From Utricularia gibba (taxonomy: Eukaryota > Plantae > Magnoliophyta): 64,000 nucleotides of DNA. Below are positions 17,101 to 35,704 of the stretch, one piece after another. The DNA is taken from contig NEEC01000010.1 of NCBI GenBank assembly GCA_002189035.1, forward strand, positions 3,472,001-3,536,000, written 5' to 3'. The position numbers and the translations under genes are program-made. How positions within the stretch are numbered: position 1 is the stretch's first letter; each line of letters starts with the position of its first letter. A model generated the notes under the pieces. It did no database searches. It worked only from the letters and a program-made list of their open reading frames with translations, and had not been told where the DNA came from.

Positions 17101-18281
17101 CAGCATCTTGATTGGAATCATCAGCTGTGGGAAAGGAAAAGAGGAAAAAAATCTGATTGGTGAACAAATAAGATGTTGAATAATTTTTTGGCCTCACTAA
17201 AACGAAAGAGGGGCTTGCCTTTCCTTTCAAGGGTTCGAGCTAGTTTATCCAAACTTATATACGTGAAATACCTGTACAAAAATAAATATTACTTTGCTAG
17301 CAATTTGAACTAAATACTATAGAAATGCACTTTCCGTATAACATTTTCAAAAAATTTGAAAATTTTACACAAAATGAGTGGTTGTAAACAAAAAAAAAAA
17401 AAAAAAAGCCATCGAGCAAAGGTAGACATACCGAACATCAATATACATAAAATATTTGCTAGTGAGCGAATCCAATACGATGTCATCAACGCTTAGCACA
17501 GAATGCGCCTACATCAATATAAAAAATAAAATCAGAGAACACAGGATAAAACAAAAAAGGACAAATATTTCAATGCAATCAATGGCGTAAAAGGAGACTT
17601 ACCAAGGCACTGAGAAGCTTGTGATAAATAGCAGAGTGAAACCTTCCCCCATTGCCATTTTTCACAAATTCCATGATGGAGTCAAGCACAACCTCCTGTA
17701 GCAAGATAGGCAGACTAATATCAAATGATAATAAAGCCGTATCAAATTATCTTCAATTCTCAGTAGGGCCAGACTTCAAAACCTATGTCCAGTAATACAA
17801 TAATGCCATATGAAAAAAGATGACCTTTTTTTTTAAAAAAAAAGGAATAACAGAAGTCATCTAACGAATACAAAACAGCAACTCTTACTCTAACAGCATC
17901 CTCAGAATCCGAGACAGCAAAGCCGATGAGAGATTGAGCAAACTCGTCAAACTTAGAGGTAAGCCAAGTGCGGTAAACGACCTCAGGGTGAGAGTCTGTA
18001 TCGCCACATTTAGACAAAGACAAAGATCCCAACTCGGAAAGTAAGGGAGTGAAGAAGGACTGCAAGGAAAGGAGAGACTCGAGGACATATTGCGGCGGAG
18101 AATTAGGATTGATAAATTCCAGGAGGATCGGAAGGTTGTTGATGTGTCTTCTGGAGATAAGTAACTGCTCTCCTAGAACCTTCAAACCTGATAGGCTCAA
18201 ATTTCCCACCTTATTCTTCTTCTGCTTTCGACTCGTCGTCGGAGAACTGTGCCACCCGGCGGCGCGTTTCATGGAAGCCAT
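14137..18281 (-). CDS. NOC4: Nucleolar complex protein 4 (CBF/Mak21 family), multi-exon with two GC-AG introns
   Basis: Exons traced: KMKLKFSNAWISFLKLELPLDVYKE, LCDFLTLSYDIGG, GLEYPNFYNKLY, LLPAYLAASFCKKLSR, SSLWELDTLRHHYCP, EIRRRVKQVPLAFY. Confidence 0.93.
15200..15216. repeat. (CA)n microsatellite in a NOC4 intron
   Basis: Direct reading. A similar (CA)n tract lies at about 18535-18557. Confidence 0.8.
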
Positions 18282-18578
18282 GGAGGAGGAAGCTGCGGGT
18301 GGGGTTTGCATTTTATGATAAAACGAAAAATGAAATTTGGGCCTTTATTCTGGAAGTTTGTTGGATCCAGCCCAAGAAGGAGCGATGGAGGAGAAGTGAC
18401 GATTTGGAAAAGGCATCCAAAAGGGATTCTGGCAATCTGTTGGATCAAGGAAAACGAACAAGTGCTGTAGCTGTACAAAAGGGATTTTCACAAGTCTCTG
18501 TCTGATCTTTGAAACAAAAGGGATTTCGGCCCCGACACACAACACACACACACACACCACGAGTCAGGGTTGAAAATG

Positions 18579-19930
18579 TCAGTCTTGTTCATCATCCAAG
18601 TCCAAGTATGAGAGTGAGACTGGAGACTGCTCACCACTTTCAGCACAGTGCTCCCCAAGTTGGCGTCGCATATGCTTGATGTAAACATCATCAAACGCAT
18701 CAATGCTCAGGCCGGAGCCCATGAAAACCTCCAACTCACTCACAAACCTCGCTGTCCTGCCACTCAAGAAAGCTTTGCTTACTTCATAGACTCTTGTTCT
18801 AAACTCCTCCCGTGCCCTGTCTTTCGAACAACTTCCCTTGTCCTTCAACCAACCTCTGCTCGTTCCACGATATCAACCCAGTATTACGCTTTCTTATCCT
18901 GTGGATGCTATACTTCAAGATCAAGAAATGCTGCTTCGTACCTTCGCAATGCATCCAGCGCTCCACTTATGTGATGGACAATAATATCCACATCCTCATC
19001 CTGCAGGATAGCCTGAATCTCTCTTCTCAGCCAGTCACCAAGAAAGCTATTTTGTTGTAGATATTTTCTGGCCTTCCAATAACTTGGCACCTTCAGCTCA
19101 TCACCCAGATTACCTGCCAACCCACAATCACCAAAAAGTATGACAACCAAGATTCATCCTCTCAACACAACAACCAAGAGCTGGGGTGTAACAAAGATCA
19201 AATACCCTGTTCAACGTAGTAGCATTTCAATCTATACCTATGGGCTTCTGTAAAGAACCCACTGCAGAGATAAAGATACATATCAGTCAACAGGAAATGA
19301 CACGATCTACAAACACAAGCATGCCGTAAAAAACACTCAGTACCTATTCTTCAACTTCTCACCCGCGTAATCTCGTTGGAATGCAGCCCCATCATATCCA
19401 TGAATAATAGACAGATTCTCAGTCTGAAGATAAGAATGAAAGAATGTCTGATCATGGCGAAAATCACAACGGGGAAATCTGGGAGAGATTGGAGTTTTTT
19501 AAGTGTTGATCAACAAAAAACCGCTAAGGCACAGCCTTGAACAGATAAAACCTTCGACACCGAAACCAGGAGATGAAGCTAACCTTGCAAAGTGGGCACT
19601 TGAAAGATGAACGTGGACCGGATCCGCTGGCTGCAACTATATCGATCCATTTCTTGATGCAGCTATAACAAAACTTGTCTGCAAAATAAAGTCTCTTGAA
19701 TCAATTTCCAGGCAAATCTCGAGGATTCTTTATTCCCGGTACTGAGTATGCTTACTGAGTATATACTGTACAGTCAAACCCCTCACCAATATCACTATAG
19801 CAACTATGGAAAACGAAGCATGTTACGTACGGAAGCATTGGTCCAAATATGAGTCGCGAGTGACTTGCGACAGGCAGATGGGGCAGGGATTTTGGTCGGA
19901 AAATGTCGAGCTTTCATCCCCAGCCATCAT
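18579..19930 (-). CDS. RING-type E3 ubiquitin ligase (Topors-like plant family), 6 exons
   Basis: CPICLSQVTRDSYLDQCFHKFCYSCIKKW...CPLCK C3HC4 RING. C-terminal region WLRREIQAILQDEDVDIIVHH and RTARFVSELEVF. Confidence 0.85.
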
Positions 19931-20160
19931 CGCAATTTCACCGCGGGCAGACGGAAGAGACGTGGAGGAGGAGAGGGCATAAATGTTAGAGACTACATAC
20001 ACAGTGGGCTTACAAAATAATTTACTTGTTACTGCGATTTCCCTGCGATAAATAAGGATTCTTTCTGGTGTGGTTACTGGTCCCTTTTCTCATTTCACAT
20101 CTCACCAGTTCCCTTCACTGCATTAGTTGGGGTCGAGGGGGGCTTTCGAGTCCATCGGAA

Positions 20161-22948
20161 ATGTACGGCGGCTCCGGCGATGGCGATGCCCCGGCGCAGA
20201 GGAAAATACCGGCTGCATCTTCAATGCTCTGGGTTCGGAATCTCCGCCGCTACATAGGATCTGGGGCTGGGCTCGGATCCGAGGCTCTTATGGGTGAAAT
20301 ACGCTTTGAGAAAGTTTTTTTTTTTTTTACTCCAAAGGAAGCACTTCCGTATCTGATGATTCTAAAATTATGCATTGCAGAACTTGAGACCAAGAAGATT
20401 TTGCTTGACATATTTAAAGAGAAGCAGCAGAAGAACGCTGAAGCTGGCGGCATTCCAAGCTTCTACAAGAGGGTAGCTTTGGTGTTTGTTTTACTCGCTT
20501 CCGTTTACTGGTTGTTCATTCCTTTTCCGTGGTTTTAGAAACCTGAAGAGGGTTCCATCAGCCACAGGGTTCAGAGGCTCGCTAAGTATCGATTTCTAAA
20601 GGTAATTTGGTTTAATTTCCTCTTGGTTCCTGTAGCACCACTCCTAAGTTTCTTCTCTTAAGAGATACTATGACTTTCTTGAATTTGTTTTCCCTACTTT
20701 TCTGATGCTTTCATGTTCTCCAATCAGAAACAATCTGATCTTTTGCTGAATGCTGATGACCTGGACGCCATGTGGGTATGCCTCAGAGAAAATTGTGTCA
20801 TTGATGATGCAACTGGAGCAGAGAAGGTAGCTACTTAAGACACTATATACATTAATGTTCAGCCAAGATGCGAACTTTTGGTTGGTTGAAGCTGACCTGA
20901 AACGCGTTCCATGTATGGCTTAGATGAATTATGAAGACTTCTGCCACATTGCTTCTGTGTGTACAGAACAAATAGGAGTGAAATGCCGACGTTTTTTCAG
21001 CCCCTCTAACTTCATGAAGTTTGAGAAAGACGAATCAGGAAGGATTTCCATCCTTCCTTTCTATCTCTATGTGATGCGTACAGTAAGGCATTTTTCCTCT
21101 GATCCATGTAGTGATGCACGAGGGAATAGAAAAAATTATGGCTTGTGCCTGTGGTCTGTGAATACAGGTTTCGCTAACCCAAGCCAGAATTGACATGAGC
21201 GAGCTTGATGAGGATTCTGATGGATTCCTTCAGCCTCATGTGTGTGGTTTATGTTTTTTATTTTAACACTGTAAATATCTTCTTTTTGATGATTTTTTTC
21301 TCTTATATTTTGAGCCTTTCTCTTCTTGAAATAGGAAATGGAGTCCTATATACGTGGTCTTATTCCTAACCTGGCGCAATTGAGGGACATGCCCACAGCT
21401 TTTGTGCAAATGTATTGTCGCATAGCAGCACACAAATTCTTTTTCTTCTGTGATCCACACAAGCGAGGTTTGTCTTTCATCAATTCTCTTAGGTTTACTA
21501 TTGAAGTCTTATATTTCAAGCACGGTAACTCATGTCAATGAACAGGTAAAGCATGCATAAAGAAGATCCTGCTTAGTAATTGTCTTCAAGAACTAATGGA
21601 ACTGCATCAGGTAATCCATGGTTGTGTATTCAGAAATTGTTCATTTGGGTCGTCACTTATTTAGGCATGTTATGATTAATACATTTAACTCTGTTTTATT
21701 AATTTTGAAACAACTTTTTCTGCTTTCCGCCCCCTGCATCAAGTGTTACAACCTTTTATCATGCCGTGCTGCTGTCTTTGCTTTCTCTGCTGGTTTTGTT
21801 TTTCACTGCCCCAGCTTAACGTTTGCTGTTGTTCTTACCTCTGGCTGAATCCAGGAAAATGAAGAAGAGGCAACTGATACTGAACAAGCAGAAAACTGGT
21901 TCTCCTTGACATCAGCCCAGCGCATATGCGGTATTATCAGTTTTTTAGTCTGAGTCACGTTTCTGCTGCCTCTTGAATAATTTTCGCGCTGAGTAGGGGG
22001 ATCCTGAAATTAACCAAATGTTGAATTGGGGAATTGCAGACATGTTCCTTGCGCTTGATAAGGATATGAACGGAACGCTGAGCAAACAGGAGCTTCGTGA
22101 TTATGCAGATGGGACATTGACTGACATTTTTATTGAGAGAGGTACATCCATTCTAATTGACTGCCATTTGCTAAATATGCGTGAAAGATGACTGTACATG
22201 GAAATAGTTAACTTTCCCTGAATGAAATGATAACCATCATGTCCCGTATTCTTCCATTTAGTTTTTGATGAGCATGTCCGCCGAGGCAAAAGTGGAGGTG
22301 GTAATGCCCGGGAAATGGATTTTGAAAGCTTCCTTGACTTTGTTCTTGCTCTGGAGAACAAGGACAGTACTGAAGGCCTCACATACTTATTCAAGTGTCT
22401 TGATCTTCAAGGCAGGGGATTCCTGACAACTGCTGATGTCCATACACTCTTCAGGTTAGTTTTGACTGTTTTTCCAAATGGAGATAAATTTACAAGTCAT
22501 TGTACCTCAGACATCAGTTTTGTTACAATAACAACGGTCCAATCTGGAAGTGAAGAATATTAATACGAAGAGCTTTCCATGTTTCCTGTTGTGTTATTCC
22601 TGCTTGTGACAATGTGTTAGCTGCATCCCTCAAGTTACCAGATACATAAGGCGTATGATTTGTGCCATGTCTCAGCAACCCTTGTCAATTTGCGTTTCAT
22701 GAAACAGAGATGTCCACCAGAAATGGATCGAGGGAGGTAATTACGAGCTGTGCATTGAAGATGTACGGGATGAAATCTGGGACATGGTAAAGCCAGCAGA
22801 CCCGCTGATGATATCGCTCTCTGATCTGCTTGCTTGCAAGCAGGGAGGGACTGTTGCAAGCATGCTTATAGATGTGCGTGGGTTCTGGGCCCATGACAAC
22901 AGGGAGAACCTTCTTCAGGAAGAGGAAGAACCTGAAGAGGAACAGTAG
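20161..22948 (+). CDS. TON2: PP2A regulatory B'' subunit FASS/TONNEAU2, 12 exons
   Basis: MYGGSGDG..QRKIPAASSMLWVRNLRRYIGSGAGLGSEALMELETK, MNYEDFCHIASVCTEQIG, MDFESFLDFVLALENKD, GFWAHDNRENLLQEEEEPEEEQ*. Confidence 0.97.
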
Positions 22949-23418
22949 CTGCACCATGTTGAATTCAAACGTGTAATCCTAACATCATCCAGTGTGAAGC
23001 AGGCGTCACTTTTATTCGGTTCTCTTTCCCTTTCTAGTAAAAGATATTTGTGTTTATTCTGTGTATAAGAAACTCTTAAGACCAAGGGGTCAAAAGTTGA
23101 GTTTGGCTCATCCGACGCGTACATGCCATGGGAACGTCTTTGCGTTTTGGCATTTAATAATTCGTATGTTGTGTAATACTGTTCTATTTATGACTAGGCA
23201 GAACTGCCATAAGGTTCACTGATTTCTCAAGATCTTCTAGTCTTGCCTCAAATGTTGCAAGTACAAGTACTAAAAGACCAACATCAGTATAACATGGGCT
23301 GCGTTCAATTACAGCTACAAGGTTGAAAAACAAATGCTGTTACTTTCTGTGGGCTCTTGCATCCATTTTTGTGAACATAAGCAAGCAAACAGCTCACACC
23401 TATTTGATAATGAATAGG

Positions 23419-29550
<6,132 letters not shown>

Positions 29551-30228
29551 CCCCTCTAGCAGCGAGCCGTAGCTGAAACAGGTAATTAAGTGCGGAGGAG
29601 GGTAGGATAAAAGAGAAAACCGCAAAGAAGAAAAAAGAAATCTCCCGCACGAACGTTCAAAACCAAATTCTCGTCTGTTCAATTGTAATATATATGTCTT
29701 GCTTCTCCGTCAAACCTTCTCTCCCAACTTTCTTCCATGGGCACATAAAACTCGATCTGGAGTGGTAACCACTAGAGCCAACATGTTACGGTGGAAGGAT
29801 GCGAAGCTCTCGATCCCCATGAAGGCAGCCTATTCATTAATTAACCAGTCCAAGTTCTCCCCAGTTCACATTTCGACAATTTTGTTAGAATCCATACCAT
29901 GGAACTGGTGTAATCTCCCACTGGAACAGAAGAAATTGGCATCTAGCTCGTATTATTCTGGGCAATTGAATAAGGATCCATAATAAAAATTTGACAATCC
30001 GGATATTATAAACGCAGGCAGCATTGGCTGCCCCACGTGGCAACGACAGCAGTAGCCACTGCCCGCCTACGTGTACACACTCCATTGGCAGTTCATGTTT
30101 TTCTTCTTCCCTCCTCAACGGCGGTGGCAGTGTGGCACCAAATGATGGGGAGCTACGGGTGTCCGGAAACTGGCACAAACGCAGTAATCCTGGCATCCGT
30201 ACCGTTTCCTTTGTCTTCCTCCCTTGTT

Positions 30229-33200
30229 TCATCTTCTACCCCTTTCATATTTCTTTGACGGCAGAGTGGTTGAGAGAACTCTCAGTCTTCTCGTTATTTC
30301 TGTGAAGGATGGTCTTGCTGTTGGATCATGGGACCAGCATTCCTCCATAAGTTTTCTCCACTCCACATCGCACCATTCCGGAATCGTTGGCCGCAATGTG
30401 TTGTTCACAATTCCACCTTCATCAAAATCACACACCGACAACATCAAGCTGCTCCTGTCTGAACGAGAACGTACATAAGCATGTGTTTTTGTGTTGCACA
30501 CCTATGATTGCACCACAGTGCATATTCATGTACGGCTCTTCTCCCGTCAATATCTCCCACATTGCAATGCCAAAAGAGAAAACGTCTACCTGGATCCACA
30601 GTCAAGCAAGAGATTTTAATCACATGCCAAAATTAAAATCCCATAACATGGACACGCGTCTAACCTTTTCGGAAACCCGGTTGCTGCCTCCATTTAGCAG
30701 CTCCGGAGTGTTCCACGAACACCACCAGACACAAGAGTATTCTGTTTTATTCTTGACAGTCCAAAATCACCAACCTGAGAGTAGCAGCATCACGTTGATT
30801 GGTAAACCAAATTGATGCAAAGCTCAGCAATTCCTTACAGAAATCTGGGAAACAACCTTGCATATGGGACGTTGGGGATCACCCAATTTTACTAGCAAGT
30901 TATCGCACTTCAAGTCAAAATGAACGATATTTTTCAGGTGCAGGTATTCCATGCCAAAAGCAGCATCTAGTGCAATCATAGCCTTCCTTCTCCTGTCCAG
31001 TGATCTGCTATGGAAATAAACTAACCATCTCATGGAATCAAACTAAAAAGAAACCAACAAGAAGGAAAGCACAAATAATAGGGAGAAGAAATTAAGAACC
31101 AACCGATCCTTCCTCAATATAGCACGCCTTAGTGATCCATTTGCCATGTATTCGGTCACAGTGGCAAATGCGCAGTCAGGTCCATCAGGAACCACCCCGT
31201 AGAATGCAACTATATTGGGATGATGGAGTCTAGACAGAATTTTATCCTCCCTCCAGAAATCATTGGTCTGAAGAATGCAGCCAGTATGAACTTATTATCT
31301 TTCATAAATCGGATTATATTCTCCAAAAAGCTTTTGATAATAGTCATATGTCTTTTACTCGGGACTAACCAAACTTTCCTGTTCGGAGGACCTTCCAGCA
31401 AAGCAATTCTTTCTTATTCTCTTAATGGCAACATCGGTTCCCCTCCATCTTCCATGGTACACGGTCCCAAATGTGCCAGATCCCAACTCCTTCAGATCTT
31501 CAAGATCAGCATTTCTTATGATCTGTGCGGTAGAGAGAGCACATGAGTTTTTTGGAAAATGCATGCTCTGGAAGGGAAACTAGGATACGAACTACCACGA
31601 AAATAGAATTAAAGCACGAGCATAAGATCACCTGCAAACCATATAGGCTGGCTTCCATTTCAATCATTGTAGCATCACGTAATGAGACATCCATATCTTC
31701 GACATCAGCATCCTGCATCCACGTGAACAACCAAACAAGTTTCTCTTTATTTACTTAGATGGTTTATTTAATCACCAATAAAACCATACATCGTCATCAG
31801 AATCATGCAACACACTTTCTACTTCTGTTTCTTCCGAGGATCTGATCTCATTAAGATCATCCTGTTGCACACGAGGGCTTATGGAGGCAGCAGAGCTTTC
31901 AAATGACATCTCCGTGGCTGCATCAATTATAACTTGAGTTTCTTGTCTGAAGGTTCCAGAAAATTTTCCTGAGGACAGAGGGTTGGCAAAGTTCTCACTT
32001 TCATTATCTAAGTCCTGGAAAGGGTATCTACCAGATCTTATTTCCACTACACTTAAATCATCGTTCAATCTTTTATTCTGCCAAGAGACTTCAGCCCGTA
32101 AAGCATCAACTTGCGTAACTCTAGGATAAATACTGCAGTCATCAAGACCTGCAGGTGAACTGGATTCATATTTGGACGAGATATATGGCCTCAGGAAATC
32201 TAGTTTGTTTACGCTCTTCTCATCTGTAATTTGCACTGCAGAAGGATTACAGCCAGCAACAGATGGATCACTGTCAATCAGATCATGAATTTGATTATGT
32301 ATATTCTGTTCTGGCATTTGATTCTTCACTGCTAACGGGTGTGAGGTCGTTTGATCAGTCACAGACATCATTGTCAAATCTTGAAGTGAAGTCTTCATAG
32401 AAGTAGATAGAGATGAATTCTTGCAGCCATTAACCTGCCTAAATGGACGACTGCACATTTGCGACAAGCTTGTTTTCTCTTCCAAGATGTTTGCCTTTGA
32501 TACACAATTCTTCCCAAGAGAATAACCTTCACCATCATTATTATTCTTTTTTTCTACGTTAAGTGTTGCCTTCTGGGTTTGGTCACCCCAGTAGATAAAG
32601 TCCTTATTAGGTGTCAGTGTCTCTTGCGACACTGGTACCTTATATGTGAATGAGACACGTTTCTCAGAAATGATCTTGTCTTCCAATATTCCTTCCAGGG
32701 ATGAACGGGACAGTCCATGTAAATGGGACTGTTCTGGGAAAAAAACTACAGATTCCTCGGATTGGAGTGGCACTGCAACTTGATCACTTCTAACTACACC
32801 CGAATCACTGGGACAAACATATGCTGATGTGGAATGAAAATCATTGTAGAACCAATTGGTTGTGCCTAAAGTAGGAGGTGTACAAGACTGTGAGCAGCAG
32901 GCTTCTTGCAAGGGAGGAGAAATCTGAAATCGGGATGCATCGAGCAAACAAGAATTGTTACATGATTGATCATCCTCAAGACGTTGGCAACTGACGTCTG
33001 ATCCATGCTTGCTTCTGGCATCTCTATAGCCTCTAAAGCTTGAAGTCCATAGGATATTCTGGAACCATCATGGAGGAATGAAGGCTTAGAATGGATTCGC
33101 TGAGCATTAGAATCTTCCACACATGGAGAGAGAAGCATATATTCCATAATGTTAAAATTGCATTTTTTTGTTTTTAAAATGAGGAAATGAAGTAGCATAC

Positions 33201-34085
33201 CACCAGTGGGGATGGTTTATCATCCACACTCTCCTTTCCTGTGCTTCCATGAAATCCTGGATCAAGAATCTCATTGATAGCAACTCCAGAATGATGATCA
33301 GCATCAATATGCAGCATGGTCCCGAGTGGTGGCTCAATATCATTATAAGAAATAAGGAAGAGTCTCAATCTTTGTGAACATCTCTCTAGGTCATTATACT
33401 CCTCAATCATATTACGGAGATCCTCATCAGAAGCCACAGATATCAGTGCATCCAGGTCTTCACCAGGAAGCTGGTACTTAGTGGTATGCGGATAGTTACA
33501 CATTGCAGCCGTTTTTTTAAGAAGTTCAGCATAACTTAAATCTGCTCGGATAGAGGCAATCTTTGTGTCTCCACCAATGTACCTAAGCTTCCCATCATTT
33601 GGCCGCGGACCTATCTTGCCCCCATAACTGCATAGGAATTTCACTTGTTTAGAGAAGCAACTACGGGAGTCAGAGGAGCGAATAGATGGACTAGATGTAC
33701 ACAATTTATCCAAGTCATCAGAGAGAAATCTTCTGTGATGTGTATAGGGATATGTTTCTGCAGTATATCCACCTGCAGGGCCAATATCCATTTTGAAGGC
33801 AAATCCATTTCTGGGACTAAAATCAGCGAATTCAGTTGGGCAGTCAGAATTCCTCCTCCGTGTCCCATGGATGCCTGCTATATTTTTGGAGGCATCCAAG
33901 CTTGGGTCCACTACTACATCTGCAAAATGATTTCTTCTAGACAAAGCACGAGTAAGCATAAAAGCAGGACAGAATTCCTCTCCTGTCCGTAGTGAAATAT
34001 TCTTGAGGCTCGTATCTACATTGTTTTGGTCGTTTGGCATGACCGCGGAAAACTCAATTCCACCACCAGGTAACTCACTTTTCAT
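30229..34085 (-). pseudogene. PB1-domain Raf-like MAPKKK (B4 subgroup), disrupted by a 13-nt frameshifting deletion in kinase subdomain VIII
   Basis: PB1 motif VKFLCSYGGKIGPRPNDGKLRYIGGDT, kinase [46 protein letters not shown][PWMA]PE is reduced to GVRGTLRSC*. Family identity is secure; pseudogene status depends on the deletion being real. Confidence 0.75.
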
Positions 34086-35704
34086 TTGTACGATATAAAA
34101 AACTCGCCATCATCTAAATTCGGTATGCTCAAGTCTGACTCCATTCTCAAATTGACCAACCAAACAAGACGTGCTACGTTCCATGCTTCAAGACCAGCAA
34201 CATTTGCACGGTTTCGCAATAAAAGTTTTTCCATTTCCTAATTTGAAGCCCATTGCACTGCAGGCACTTTCTGAACAGTAGAGTATTGAATGACGTACAA
34301 TGAATGAATTGCGCATCCGGGATACGCATCCAACTTCCTAGAGCATTCAGGGAGAGAAAAAAAATCGAGGCCATGTAAGGCAATTGAATAGAATGGCAAG
34401 GAAACGAATTGCAACACATGTTTGATCTCCCCCACCCCCCCCACAGGAATTTGTTCAAAAATAACTAACGGAATCGTGAGACAAACCGAAATTTCCCTCT
34501 CGTGCCAGAAGCGAAGTGGAAAAGGAATCATTCCCTTGCGTCTTCTCCAGCCTCAATCTGACCAGAACAAAAAGAAAATGTTGCAATTGAATAAAAAGGA
34601 GCAACCTTTGCGGATGGAAATTGGAAAAAACAAGAAAAGAAGGCATGGCACGGTTTTCGGGGTATCGCTGGAGCGCGATGGCATGCCGCATGGACATGAA
34701 TCCCAAATAATACCCTTGGTTTTAATATTTGTACGTCAGCGGTAGCGACCCGCAGCCCATACATCGCATGACATCAAGAATTGGGCCTTTGAGGAATAAA
34801 GTCGTAGTTTCCCATCATGGGCTTTTGTTAATGAGGCCCGTAAATGTATGTGGACTGTGGAGTCGTGTAGCATTAATTATTCATAAGGGGTAAGACAAAA
34901 TTCTACTACACAAAGTTGTGGCTGAATGGATAAAAGAACATAAATAGGAGAGTTACTACTACTAGGGCATTCATTGTTCCATGCGTATGTATTAATTATT
35001 TATTACGTGGCCTGATGGATGGGTGGATGCCGGATTTCAATAAATCCAAACAAGGAAATGAAGCACCAAGTCGGCCTGGTGGAGAGCCGGCAGCGGCACG
35101 TGGTGCGATCGCTCGAATACCTGAAGGAGGCAGCCGTTTGTCTCGTTTTGCCGTTGCGGGCACATGCACAAGTTGTAACCTCGTCCAGCCTGTCTGCACC
35201 CACGCAAATTAATTCGCGGCACATGCTCTGGTCTCGCCTCCTTTCCTTCGTTTTTGGTCACCTCCAAATGGATTTACACATCAACACCGTCACCCGCCAC
35301 TGCACGTCACCCACGATCCTCATCCAGTCATAATCTATCCACGTATATTGTATAACCTTATTATAATGAAATTATTGTTTGCATGATTTGCAACTATTAT
35401 TAAAAAAAGAAGAAGAGAAAGAAAAATAACACATGCGCTCGATGTTGTTGGTGGTGGTTAAGAAACAGCCCATCTTTCTGCATATGTCGCCAGTCTATAA
35501 AATCAGGGGCAGGAGCATATCTCTTGCTCTGAACTCGTGCGTCCCCATTTGTCCCAACTTCTACTCTCCATCACACTCACACCTCTGCATACATTGAACC
35601 TTCTCCTTACACGGAAACACCCTCTATCTATATATACACACACACACCCACACAACAACAGAGTAACCCTACACAGAGATAGACGCAAAAAAGCAATACC
35701 AAAG

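Noticed and set aside
32940-33210. Apparent frameshift between Raf ORFs 33174..34085 and 31772..32947
   Set aside because: A phase-0 intron (GTG|GTATGC ... TTCCAG|AAT) joins them in frame.
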